Source: a virus. Taken from it: 64,000 nt of DNA. A program made the translations under genes and the position numbers. Every line of letters starts with the position of its first letter. The first letter of the stretch is position 1. Below, piece after piece: positions 24,483 through 34,900 of this stretch. The stretch spans positions 25,629-89,628 of the IMG/VR virus record IMGVR_UViG_3300045988_158927. One strand, 5' to 3'. Below the pieces are notes generated by a model. That model was not told the DNA's origin and did not search any database. It was given only the letters and a program-made list of their open reading frames with translations.

Positions 24483-25990
24483 TGGCGTTCATCCCGCTGC
24501 CAGAAGACCCGCGATGGCTGCCGTTTGTTGAGCGGTACGCCGGAAGCTGCTTCCGTTTTGCGGTCGAAGTGCTGAAGCTGAAGCCGTCCCTTCAACAGAA
24601 GGAATTGATGGATGCCGTCAGTGCCCCGGGTTGTCGTGTCAGCGTGGCGTCGGGGCACGGAACTGGGAAGTCGTTCAGTCTTTCTATCATCATCCCTTGG
24701 CTTCTCTTCACGCACTACAAGGCGTGGGTTCTCGTTACCGCCAACGATATCGACCAGATCAAGGCATCCACACTGAAAGAGATTGCGTCACAAATCGGGC
24801 GCCTCAAAGAAGGCCCGTATGCGTGGCTGGCAGACAAGATCGAGCTGATGGCGTCCGGGGATTTGCGCGTCAGAGGGTATGAACAAAACTGGCTGATGGA
24901 GCTGAAGACCGCTAACGCCAAGAACGCCAACAAGATGGCCGGCCGTCACGCTAAATTCCTGACCATCATTGCCGATGAAGGTTCATCCATCCCGGATACC
25001 GTCATGATGACTCTGAACGGCGCGCTGACCGAAGCGGCTAACAGGTTCATCATCACTTCCCAGCCCACGAAGAATAGCGGCTTCTTCTACGATACCTTTA
25101 ACCGCCTGAGCGAGCGTAACGGGGGGCATTGGCACAACATCACAATGTCATCCATCGATTCCCCGCACGTATCGGATGAATCGTTGAAAACGCTATGGGC
25201 CATGTACGACGACGATGAGCGGCGCGTGCGCATTCTAGGGTTGTTCCCGCAGGATTCGGCCCGTTTCTTTGTTGGCAGAAAGGCCGTCGAGAACGCATAC
25301 AAGCGCGGCAGGATCATCAACGCGAACGAGCACTACGGATACTTCATTTGCTGCGACATTGCATCCGGTGAGGGCTTGCGAGACAAGAGCGCGGTGTCGG
25401 TGTGTAGGGTGTATGGATACGGGGATGAGCGCCGTGTAGAGGTGGTGGACATTCCATTGTTCACGAACAACATTCGGTCCAATCAGTTTGCCCATTACAT
25501 TATCGAGGCGGCAGCGCCCTACCCTAACGTTACGTTCGTGGTGGACAGTGGCGGCCTCGGTATCAACGTCTGCCAAGACCTAGAGGACGCGGGGAAAATG
25601 GTCCAGCGCGTGAACTGGGGCAATCCGTGTTTCCGGAACGTGAACAAGGATCGGTACCTGAATTTGCGCGCTCAAGCCACGCATCAACTTGCCCGAGCAA
25701 TCAAGGAAGGGCGATTTAGTGTGCTGACAAACGATCATCGGGCGGTGGGCCTTGATCAGGTATCGCGTATCCCGAAGACGTTCACCGATAAGGGGCGCTT
25801 GAGGGTTCCCCCAAAGCACGGCCCGGAATGGGAAGGGATGGGATCGCCTGACCTTGCCGATACGTGGGCATTCGCGTTCCTTGAGACTTCCACGTACACG
25901 GCCAGCGGCGAAAGTGTGAGCGACAAGACGATGATTTCAGCCGCCGAGGCAGCAACCGAAGAGGCCGCTAATCTGTTCTCTGACCTTTAG
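24482..25990 (+). CDS. terminase large subunit
   Basis: Walker A at VASGHGTGKSFS and Walker B at LTIIADEGSS. The C-terminal nuclease-type part has conserved acidic residues. ATG 24482 overlaps the TerS stop. Confidence 0.85.
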   Translation: MAFIPLPEDPRWLPFVERYAGSCFRFAVEVLKLKPSLQQKELMDAVSAPGCRVSVASGHGTGKSFSLSIIIPWLLFTHYKAWVLVTANDIDQIKASTLKEIASQIGRLKEGPYAWLADKIELMASGDLRVRGYEQNWLMELKTANAKNANKMAGRHAKFLTIIADEGSSIPDTVMMTLNGALTEAANRFIITSQPTKNSGFFYDTFNRLSERNGGHWHNITMSSIDSPHVSDESLKTLWAMYDDDERRVRILGLFPQDSARFFVGRKAVENAYKRGRIINANEHYGYFICCDIASGEGLRDKSAVSVCRVYGYGDERRVEVVDIPLFTNNIRSNQFAHYIIEAAAPYPNVTFVVDSGGLGINVCQDLEDAGKMVQRVNWGNPCFRNVNKDRYLNLRAQATHQLARAIKEGRFSVLTNDHRAVGLDQVSRIPKTFTDKGRLRVPPKHGPEWEGMGSPDLADTWAFAFLETSTYTASGESVSDKTMISAAEAATEEAANLFSDL

Positions 25991-26010
25991 AATGACGGGG
26001 TGTACACACA

Positions 26011-26502
26011 ATGGGGCACCCCATGAAGAACGTTCTATTCAAGTTTGAAACGCTGTCGGAGAATGATCCGGCGGCCAAGAAAATCAAAAGCGCCTTTCTG
26101 AAGCTCGGCTGCAACGTCGTGGAAATGGCAGTGGGCAAGCCTAAGCGTAGTGCTGGCGTGAGTTACAAGGAATTCGACTTCACTTTTGCCGATTCCCAGC
26201 GCGTGACGGCCCGTATCAAGCCCACCGGAGACGTGTATCAAGTGCTGCTGAATGGCAGCGTTTTGCCGCTGAAGAATCAGGATGAGCACCAAAAGGCCAT
26301 CGAGGAAATTGCGTCGAAGCTGGACGGTGGGCGCGCTGCATTCCAGAAGAAGCTGGCACGTACCAAAGTAACTATCCCTGCTGGCATCCGTAACACGGTC
26401 AAGGAAACGGAGAAATCCCTGACCGAGAAGCGCGACGCTCTGAAAGAGGTTATTGCCGATCTCGATAAGAAGATCGAGGAAGCCACCGAGGCGCTGAAAT
26501 GA
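26011..26502 (+). CDS. hypothetical protein (coiled-coil C-terminus)
   Basis: Track ORF; an alternative start at ATG 26023 is possible. Confidence 0.55.
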   Translation: MGHPMKNVLFKFETLSENDPAAKKIKSAFLKLGCNVVEMAVGKPKRSAGVSYKEFDFTFADSQRVTARIKPTGDVYQVLLNGSVLPLKNQDEHQKAIEEIASKLDGGRAAFQKKLARTKVTIPAGIRNTVKETEKSLTEKRDALKEVIADLDKKIEEATEALK

Positions 26503-28829
26503 TTCACGGCCTAAAGATGCTGACCGAGGCGCAACGCAAGGCGCGCAACGGCAAGGTCCAGCGCACTACGTTCGGCCCGCTCTCGTTATGCGTGGAAATC
26601 CCGGCAGGCTGGAGGAAAGGGGCGTCGTTCCTGACGGCTCACTACGGCTACATTTCCGGCACGAAAGCCCCGGATGGCGCGGCTATCGATATGTTCCTGT
26701 CGCCGCAAGCAAGCGTGACGGCTGACGTGTTTGTCATCGACCATATGAAGGGCGGCAAATTCGACGAACCTAAAGTGTTCCTCGGGTTCACTTCCAAAGT
26801 GGATGCCGAGGAAACCTATCGGAATGTATACGCGCAACGTGCGCCAGCAACCAAAATGACGATGACGCAGTTTCAACAATGGATGAAGGAAGGGGGCGCA
26901 ATGCAACCGACGATCAAGGAAGAACCTAAGCTTCAAAAAGTCTACTGGGACAGTAACGGAGACCCGGATGTCCCGATGACGGAAATTCTCTACCAAATCC
27001 GCAAGACCGACCCTACTAGCCTTGCGCTTGAGCCGCTGACGCTTGACGACATCTACGGCGACGCTGACGAAATCGTGGAGCTTGATGCTCTGGTAGTGCC
27101 CATGATGCGCCTTGAGCGCGTGGCCGGCATCATGCAAAACCAGATGAAGCGGTACGGGTCCGAGGCGCTTAACTTCCAAGTGAGCAAGCCATTCAAGAAG
27201 AACGGCACGGCTCAAGTGGCGGTTGTCTATGAGCTTGCCGACGGCCAGACGATCGGCATCTACTTCCACAATCCGGACGTGACACCGGCCAAGATCGCGC
27301 CGCAAGATGAGCTGATTTCTTGGAAATGGATGCTCAACAAGAAGGACATTACGATCCTTGTGGCGCCGGAAAAAGGGCAGGATTTGGACCCGCGTGAAGT
27401 GATGCGCCGCGTGGCCAAGATCGCCATCAAAAATCGTCCGACGTTCGAGCGGAACAACGCTGCCCGCGTCGAGCGTGTGGCGCGTGTGGAGGCGCTTAAG
27501 GCTGAAATTGTCGTTCTTGAAAAGGAAGTGGACGACAAGACGCATGAGCTGGAAATTCTCCGCATGAAACTCGAAGAGAAGCGGAACATGCCGGCACCTG
27601 AACCTGAGCCCGCGCCTGAAGTGATGCCTGAACCTGAAGTTGCGAGCGGCTCGAATGATGCGCCTATTCAAGAAGTCAAGAAAGGTAGGATGAGTAAGTA
27701 TGATCCGGCGGTGGCAGCAGCCCTAGAGGAAAAGATTGCTAACCTTAATAGATTTTCTGATGTCAGAGACCTTCAGACTGCTATCCGTGACGCTGAACTT
27801 TCGCGCAATGATAAAAAGCGAATCAAGGAGATGTTGGAGCAGCGTGTAAGCGATATGAACCATGAGCGGTATCTGAAAAAACAGGAAATGCTTAAAGAAT
27901 TTGGCGAGCAATTGAAAGCCGCTGAATTTGAAGAGGAATTGTCTTTGGTTGAGGCGTTCATTCACAAAATCCCGGGTATTGATGAAGAGCATATGTCGCA
28001 TCTTTATACGAGTATTAGTGACAAGCGCAGAGAACTTCAAATAAAGAAGAAAGCGGAAGAACGCAAAGCCGCCGAACAAGCCAAGCAAGCCGAGCCCACG
28101 CCCGAAGATCCGAAGGAAGAAACCCGGGAAGAGCGCGTGACCCGTCTGCATGACGCGGTTATGGTCCTGATCAATTCGGCCACGTCCATCGAAGACATTC
28201 GGAAGCTGAAGAAATCCGCGACGTTCAATGAATTCCGCTATGTCACCGAGGACACTTCAAGGGCAGCCGATTTCAATCAGCAGCGCGAGAGCATCCGCAC
28301 GGCTCTCTACACCAAGAGCGCGGAACTGAACATGCCGCTCTACAACGAGATCATGCGCGAGATTCAGGCGGCTACTAGTGAGGCTGGTGTTTTGACGGCG
28401 CTTGAGAAGGTCGAAATGGTCCGGAACGACTTCCCGCCAGCCCAGCGTAACGAGATCACGCAGGCCGCCGAGGCACGCATTGAGGCACTGAATGCCGTTC
28501 CTGAGCCGCAAGCTACGCCGCTGCCTGAAGTGCAGTCGCCTATGCCAGAGGAACCCGCGCCAGAACCCGTCCATGAGCCGGCGCCAGAACCCGTCGCGGA
28601 ACAACCAGCCGAGGCAGTGAATGCTACGCCGCTGAATGCCCTGGTTAACCCGCAAGAAGCCGCCGACCGGGCCTATCTCGAAACGTTCGACCCGGCCACC
28701 GCTGACGATGCGCGCTTGGAAGAGATTGCTGCCCGCTACACGTCCGGCGAGATGTTGGAACTGCTGGAAAAGGCTTTGGCCAAATACGAGGAATACATGG
28801 TGGCTGCTGCCGAGGAATCGATGAAGTGA
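26499..28829 (+). CDS. 776-aa protein: N-terminal inorganic-pyrophosphatase-like domain (degenerate), central globular part, long Glu/Lys/Pro-rich low-complexity tail
   Basis: The N-terminal segments CVEIPAG, HYGYISGTKAPDGAAIDMFL and VFVIDHMKGGKFDEPKVFLGF are colinear with the family I PPase segments EIPxG, NYGYI...DGDPxDVLV and VGVLxMxDExGxDxKxxAV. PAPEPEPAPEVMPEPE and PEEPAPEPVHEPAPEPVAEQ tracts are present. Confidence 0.7.
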   Translation: MIHGLKMLTEAQRKARNGKVQRTTFGPLSLCVEIPAGWRKGASFLTAHYGYISGTKAPDGAAIDMFLSPQASVTADVFVIDHMKGGKFDEPKVFLGFTSKVDAEETYRNVYAQRAPATKMTMTQFQQWMKEGGAMQPTIKEEPKLQKVYWDSNGDPDVPMTEILYQIRKTDPTSLALEPLTLDDIYGDADEIVELDALVVPMMRLERVAGIMQNQMKRYGSEALNFQVSKPFKKNGTAQVAVVYELADGQTIGIYFHNPDVTPAKIAPQDELISWKWMLNKKDITILVAPEKGQDLDPREVMRRVAKIAIKNRPTFERNNAARVERVARVEALKAEIVVLEKEVDDKTHELEILRMKLEEKRNMPAPEPEPAPEVMPEPEVASGSNDAPIQEVKKGRMSKYDPAVAAALEEKIANLNRFSDVRDLQTAIRDAELSRNDKKRIKEMLEQRVSDMNHERYLKKQEMLKEFGEQLKAAEFEEELSLVEAFIHKIPGIDEEHMSHLYTSISDKRRELQIKKKAEERKAAEQAKQAEPTPEDPKEETREERVTRLHDAVMVLINSATSIEDIRKLKKSATFNEFRYVTEDTSRAADFNQQRESIRTALYTKSAELNMPLYNEIMREIQAATSEAGVLTALEKVEMVRNDFPPAQRNEITQAAEARIEALNAVPEPQATPLPEVQSPMPEEPAPEPVHEPAPEPVAEQPAEAVNATPLNALVNPQEAADRAYLETFDPATADDARLEEIAARYTSGEMLELLEKALAKYEEYMVAAAEESMK

Positions 28830-28851
28830 TAGGGTGATGGCCTAAAATCAG

Positions 28852-28885
28852 AACGGTCGGAAGAGATTCCGGCCGTTTTTTTTTG
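28852..28885 (+). terminator. rho-independent terminator (T9)
   Basis: AACGGTCGG (28852-28860) pairs with CCGGCCGTT (28869-28877) with one G-U pair, followed by T9. Confidence 0.7.
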
Positions 28886-28905
28886 CGCAAAAAAAGGAAC
28901 ATCCA

Positions 28906-31900
28906 ATGACAGTTATTGAGAAGCTGAAGCTGATCAAAAACCTGAAAGCTGCACAAGCCCTTCCCCGCGACACGATCCCTCAACGCCTCGCACGAATCAA
29001 GGCCATCAAGGCCGCGCTTGATGCGCTCAAAGGGGCAAAGGCTGAGGAACGTACCGCCGAGAAGGAATCCGTAGAAGCAGCGTTCAAGTTTGATGCAGAA
29101 CGCAAGACCGCCGAACGCAAGAAGGCCAATGATGCGGCCTATGCGCTGCTGCAAAGCCTCGATGAGGGCAAGACACTCACCGAAGAAGAAAAGGCCGTGC
29201 TGGCAGCGTATAGCGGTTGCGGCGGCGGTCTGATCAACCCGCTTACCGGAAAGACGGGCAGCGCGACGGAATACTACACGCCGAAGCCTATCGTCTCGGG
29301 CATGTGGGACATGCTGGGCGAATCGTTCGGGTTCAAAGGCGGTAAAGTGCTGGACCCGAGTAGCGGTACCGGCATTTTTGGGGCGACGGCGCCAAAGGGT
29401 GTCGTTATGCAAAGCGTGGAAATCAGCGAGGTTTCCGGCAAGATCAACAAGGCGCTTAACTCGAAAACCGGCAATAACGTTGCCATCGAGCCGTTCGAGG
29501 GCTTCGCAGCGCGCACGCCTGACGGCACGTTCGATGCTCTGGTAACTAACGTTCCGTTCGGTGATTCCGGTATCCGGACTGCCAAAGGAATGGACCAGAA
29601 ATATCAGGATCAAAGCCTGCAAGGCTACTTCCTGCTGCGCGGCCTCGATAAGCTGAAGCCGGGCGGCCTGATGGCCGTGATTCTGCCGGGTAGTGTCGTT
29701 GCCAATCGTGGGGCACGTGAAACCAAAGTGCGGACCATGATCAGCCTGAAGGCCGAATTTTGCGGCGCCATCCGCTTGCCTAACAGTGTCTTTGAGACAA
29801 CCGGCGCTGACGTGATTACGGACGTTGCCGTATTCAAGAAACACGGGACTGACGCGGCTGAAAAGATTGATGCTCTTTTCCGTGCGGGAAAATCCGATGA
29901 ACTGCGAGAAATGGGCGTTCTCTATGAGGAATTCATCGACGGCAATTGGTTCAAGGGCGAAGGACGCAAGTACCTGCACGGCGAGGAAGTGACCGTTAAC
30001 GGGCGCTGGGGCGAGACGCAGAAAGTCGTTTCAACCAAAAGCGTTACGGAAATCGGCCCCCTGCTGCGAGAGCTTCGCTTCAAATCGCGCATCAACTGGG
30101 ATGCTCTGGGGGCGGCTGATGTAAGCCTTGCCTATGACGTGGGCGACGAGATTACGGCACCAGATGGCACACTGATGCGCTGGGACGGTGAAACGTTCGT
30201 GGAGGTCCAGCGCGCCGAAGCGAAGGTCAACCCGTTTGCCAAGGTCATCGAGGCAATGGACCTGACCGCGCTTCAGTTCTACTACGCAGACTTCAGTGAC
30301 GATGAGGTGGCCGGCGCGCTGCAATACGTTGCAGACAATAACGTATCCGTCAAACCATGGGTCAATACGCTGAACCTTGGCAAGCGCATTGATGTTCTCG
30401 TTTGCGCGGCCGTCGAAGCGTTCGATGAGAAAGCCCCGACCGATAACCTTGGTGAAGAGCATCCGCGCCTGACCGAGGACGTGCAAGCTTCCATCAAGGC
30501 AGCACGCAACGTCACGCCGAAAGAGAGCGCGAAAGGCGTCTACAACCGATTCAAGGCGTTTACCGATAGTGGCGTTCTGTCGCCCGTTTGGTTCGGGCAG
30601 GTGGCCGAGCTGAAGACTATCGAGAGCAATGCAGCCAAATTCGAGGTCGCAAAAGGCAGTCAGAAATGGGTCGGCATCAATGAGATGCGCAAAGCCGGCA
30701 TTGACGTTGACGGTGAAGAATTCGTCCACAACGGCGACAAGGTTGCGCTGATGGATGAGGTCTGCACTGGCAAGGCCGCTGAAGTTATCGAGGCACTGAA
30801 GAACGCTGACGTACCGCCTGAGCGCAAAGCCCGTCAGATCGCGCTTGCGATGGAACGTATCGAGAAAATCGACGTTTCCAAGATGATCTTTACGCTTACG
30901 ACGAAGTACGTGTCAGCGGATGCTAAGGCGGAATTCCTGACCCTGTACGTGAGCAAATCGAACTATTCAGGCTTCCAAGCGCATGATGACATTGTTGTGC
31001 TGCCGGCGTCTGAGGTAAAGTATGTAGCGTTCGGGAACGTTGACAAACTGTTCGTGCGCGCACTTGTCGGCTACGTGAACGATGGTCGCGTGTCGTTCGG
31101 GAACCTGAAGATTGACGGCGTTTCTGATGATGAGCAAAAGCAGGCGAAGCGCGACCTTCTCGACGACTATCGTAAGTACCTGAACAAGCTTGATACGCAA
31201 TTCAACCTGTGGGTTCACTCGAATCGTGCGCTGAAAACCGCGCTGGATATCCGCCTGAATTCGGCTGAGAACGCCTTCTTCAAAACGCAAGCCAGCGACG
31301 GCCCGCTGACGATTCCCGGCCTGTCCGGTGATATCCAACTGCACGGCTATCAGCGCGCTTTCGTGCGCAAGATCGCAGCGCGATTCAATGGCATCAACTC
31401 GTTCGATGTGGGCCTCGGCAAGAGTTTCACGGCACTGGCCAGCGTGCAGTATGCGCAAGCCATCGGCGCGAAGAAAAAGACCGTTTTCGTCGTGCCAAAG
31501 TCCGTCATCACAAACTGGGTGAAGGAAGCCAACCGCCTGTTTTCCGCTGACGTTGCCAATGACATTCTGGTAGTCGGTGCCGTCGAGAAGAAAGGAAAGC
31601 TTGACGTTGATTCCAAGCGATTCGACGCAGATTTGCAGCGCATCGCGGATAACGTTCACTCGAAGATTTTCATGACGGCCGAAGCATTCCAGCGTATCCG
31701 CATCCGGGAAGAGGATGTTAAGGAATATCTGGACGCCATGCGCCTGAACGACCGCGATGCTTACGGGGACAAAATTTCTGACGCTGATAGCAATCGTGTA
31801 GAAAGCCGTCTGTATGCCATCGAGAAGATTCTCACGGAAGACGGCAAGAGCGAAGGCGCGCCGTTTTGGCATACGCTGGGCATTGATTCTGTCGTGTTCG

Positions 31901-34900
31901 ATGAGATGCACGTGAACAAGAATGCCGTGATTGCCATCGGTGTGCGCGGCGCCAAATTCCTGTCGCTGCCGCCTGCATCCAAGAAATCCGTGGACGTGAT
32001 GTGCAAGACTTGGCTGATCCGTCGTGACCATGGTTCCGGTGTGCTGGGCCTGACCGCTACGCCTATCACTAACTCGCCGCTGGAAATCTACGGGATGATG
32101 TCCATCGTGGAAGGCATGGACGCAGTGAATGATGCGTGCGGCGTCGCTGGACCGGGCGATTTCATCAAGGAATCTGTCATCGTCGAAAACCGTGCAGAAC
32201 TCGGCGTGGACGGCGAAGAGCGGATGATGGATGTTTTCGTCGGCTTGAAAAACACGCAGATTCTGGCGCGTCTCGTTCGTGGCGTGTGCGATATCAAGAC
32301 GGCCGCCGACGCCGGGAACATTGTCCAGCCTGACAGTGAAGAGGTGGTGCAAGGCGTGCCGCTGGATAACGACACGGACCGGCAATTGCGTCGGATGATC
32401 CTTGCCTACCAGATCATGCAGGGGGCGGTTGACGCAGGCCCGGAAATCCCCGAGCGCGTGGCAGAGGTTTATGGGTCCAAAGTCAAGACGCTGATGTCCC
32501 CGCTCAACCTTCTGTCGAATATGTCGAAACTGATGGTTGATGAGGACGCGGCCAAGAAACGCACGGTCTATATCGGTGGTTCCGAAGAGCTTACGGAGAA
32601 ATTCAACGGCCTGAAGATCAAGGAGAAACGCGCCTATGGCCCGCGCCTTGATGCAAGCGAGACGGTCAAAGTGACGGTCAATCCTGAAGACGAGGAAGAC
32701 GTTGAATTCATCGTCCAGATTGGGGCAGTCTTCGATGGTGGAAAGACGATCATCGATACAACGTCATGGGAGACTCAAGACAAATTCGAGGCACTTGCCG
32801 CGAAGCTTGACGTACCCTTGGACGTGAAGCCGTCGGAGAAATTCAAGGCCCTTATCGAGAACATGAAGGCCGAGGCTGCTAACGTGCGCGGCATCAAGAA
32901 TGGCGAGCGCATCGAGCATGCCAAGCAGATCGTCTTCTGCGACATGCTGGCAACCCATAACAAACTGAAGCGGTTCATTTGCTCACGTATGGGCATCCCC
33001 GCCTCGGAGGTCATCATCGTTACGGGTCAGCGTAACGGTTCGCCTGAAGAAATTCAGGACGTGCAAGACGGGTTCAATGACGGACGCTATCGCATCATCA
33101 TTGCCAACGAAAAGGCCGAGGTCGGCATCAACCTGCAAAAAGGCACGCAAGCTATCCATCACCTGACGATTGGATGGACTCCGGACAGTTTGCAGCAGCG
33201 TAACGGACGTGGCGTTCGGCAAGGTAACGAGACCGCGAAAGTGAACGTCTATTACTACGATGCCGAAGGTACTTTCGACCAGATGAAGCGGTCAATGGTC
33301 AACAAGAAGGCCGACTGGATCGAGAAGGTAATGACGGGCGAAGGCCGCACGGTGGCCGTGAATGCCGGCCTGACACGCGAGCAAATGGACGCGCTGATCG
33401 ATGGTATGGGCGACGCCGAGAGCATTGCCAAAGCGCAAGCCCAAGCGGAAGAGAAAGCCAAGAAGGAAGCGCGTAACCGTGCCGTCACTCAACAGATGAT
33501 CATGATTGAGGTTGCGCAAAAGAGCGAGGAAGAGCTGAAAAAGGCGGCCGATATGGCAAGCTGGGCCACGTCGATGATCAACAAGCTTATTACGCCGATC
33601 AATCAGCAACTGGAAGTCTCGCGCAAGCAATTGGCACTGTCTCGCAGTGATAAGACCAAGGAACGGCTTACGCAGACCATTGCCGAGCTTGAGAAGCGGC
33701 AGGGTGAAATCAGGACGCGCTATCGGAACTATTCTGATCCGTCCGTGCGTGAGGAATGGCAAAACGACATTGAGGCGCTGCAAGATAGCGTCAAGAGCGC
33801 CAATGAGCAGGTGGAGAACCTGTCTGGCGATGGCGGCCTGAATGAACGTGAAATCCAGCACGTCAAGGACGGAGAGTTCTTCAGGGTTGGCGATGAACTT
33901 GCTTTCCCGGGTCAGTTTGTCATGACCAAAAACGACGGTATCGGGGTTGTCGTGAAGAACATCAGGAAATCCCTTTGCCTCGCAACTCTTCGCAAGGATG
34001 ATAGCCGGCGTTCCGCTGCCTTGGATACCTCCCCGGTCGGCATGGAGCGACTGATCGATGAGGATAAGGTTCCTCACGACATTCTGAAAGAGTTTGCCAA
34101 GATCGATACGTATCAGGCGATGCAGGAAGAGGAAAGAACGTTCGAGACCGTTAAGGCGATCACGCAATACACGCAGGTTGTCGCCAAATGGAAGGGCGAC
34201 CTTGCTAACGTTCTGTGGAAAGAGGGCGTACCCGTTCTGATGATGGGTTCCTACGGTTATCCGCTGTTCGGGATTAGCCGTGATGCGCATCGGGATTCCG
34301 TCATCAATTACGATCCGTATAGCGTCGCCACGCTCAAAGATGATGGCACATGGACCGAGGTTGACATTGAAACGACGGCTGCTGCTGCCGCGCAATATCT
34401 GATCTCGATTGATGCTGTTATGAGCGATTTGATGGTGGTACGGAACGAGAAATTCCGGAAGCTTCTGTCCCAGAACATCGAGAACCATTACCTCAAAGAC
34501 CCGGCCATCGTTGAGCAGGCAATCGAACTGGCCAAGCAGGAATACTCGTCATACCGTTACGGTAGCTACGACATTCCAAAAGTGGCGCGGATGCTTTCAA
34601 TCCTTGGCCTTCGACGTGCGGCAAAACTGCACTACAACCTCTATTCGGCAGAGGATTTCCCGGGCGTGGAATCGATGCAGGGTCAGATGGAAGTGTTCGT
34701 CAAACAGGCCCGCGAAGAGGAGGAGCGCGTTAATCAGGAATGGGAGGAGAAGAAACGGCGAGAGCGCGAAGAGGCGGAAGCCAAGGCAGCACAAGATGCG
34801 GCGAACATGGAGAAATGGGTGTCCGAGGGCTTCCCGGCTGATCAGGAATTCGGCATCACTGGATTCCGCACGTTCGGCTTTAAGGATCGGATCAAGCAGG

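Noticed and set aside
28645-34488. Minus-strand ORFs of 398-472 aa inside the 2046-aa gene (28645-29979, 30967-32385, 33292-34488).
   Set aside because: They are antisense shadows of a gene whose + strand product carries complete MTase and SNF2 motif sets. No promoter or RBS context is present.
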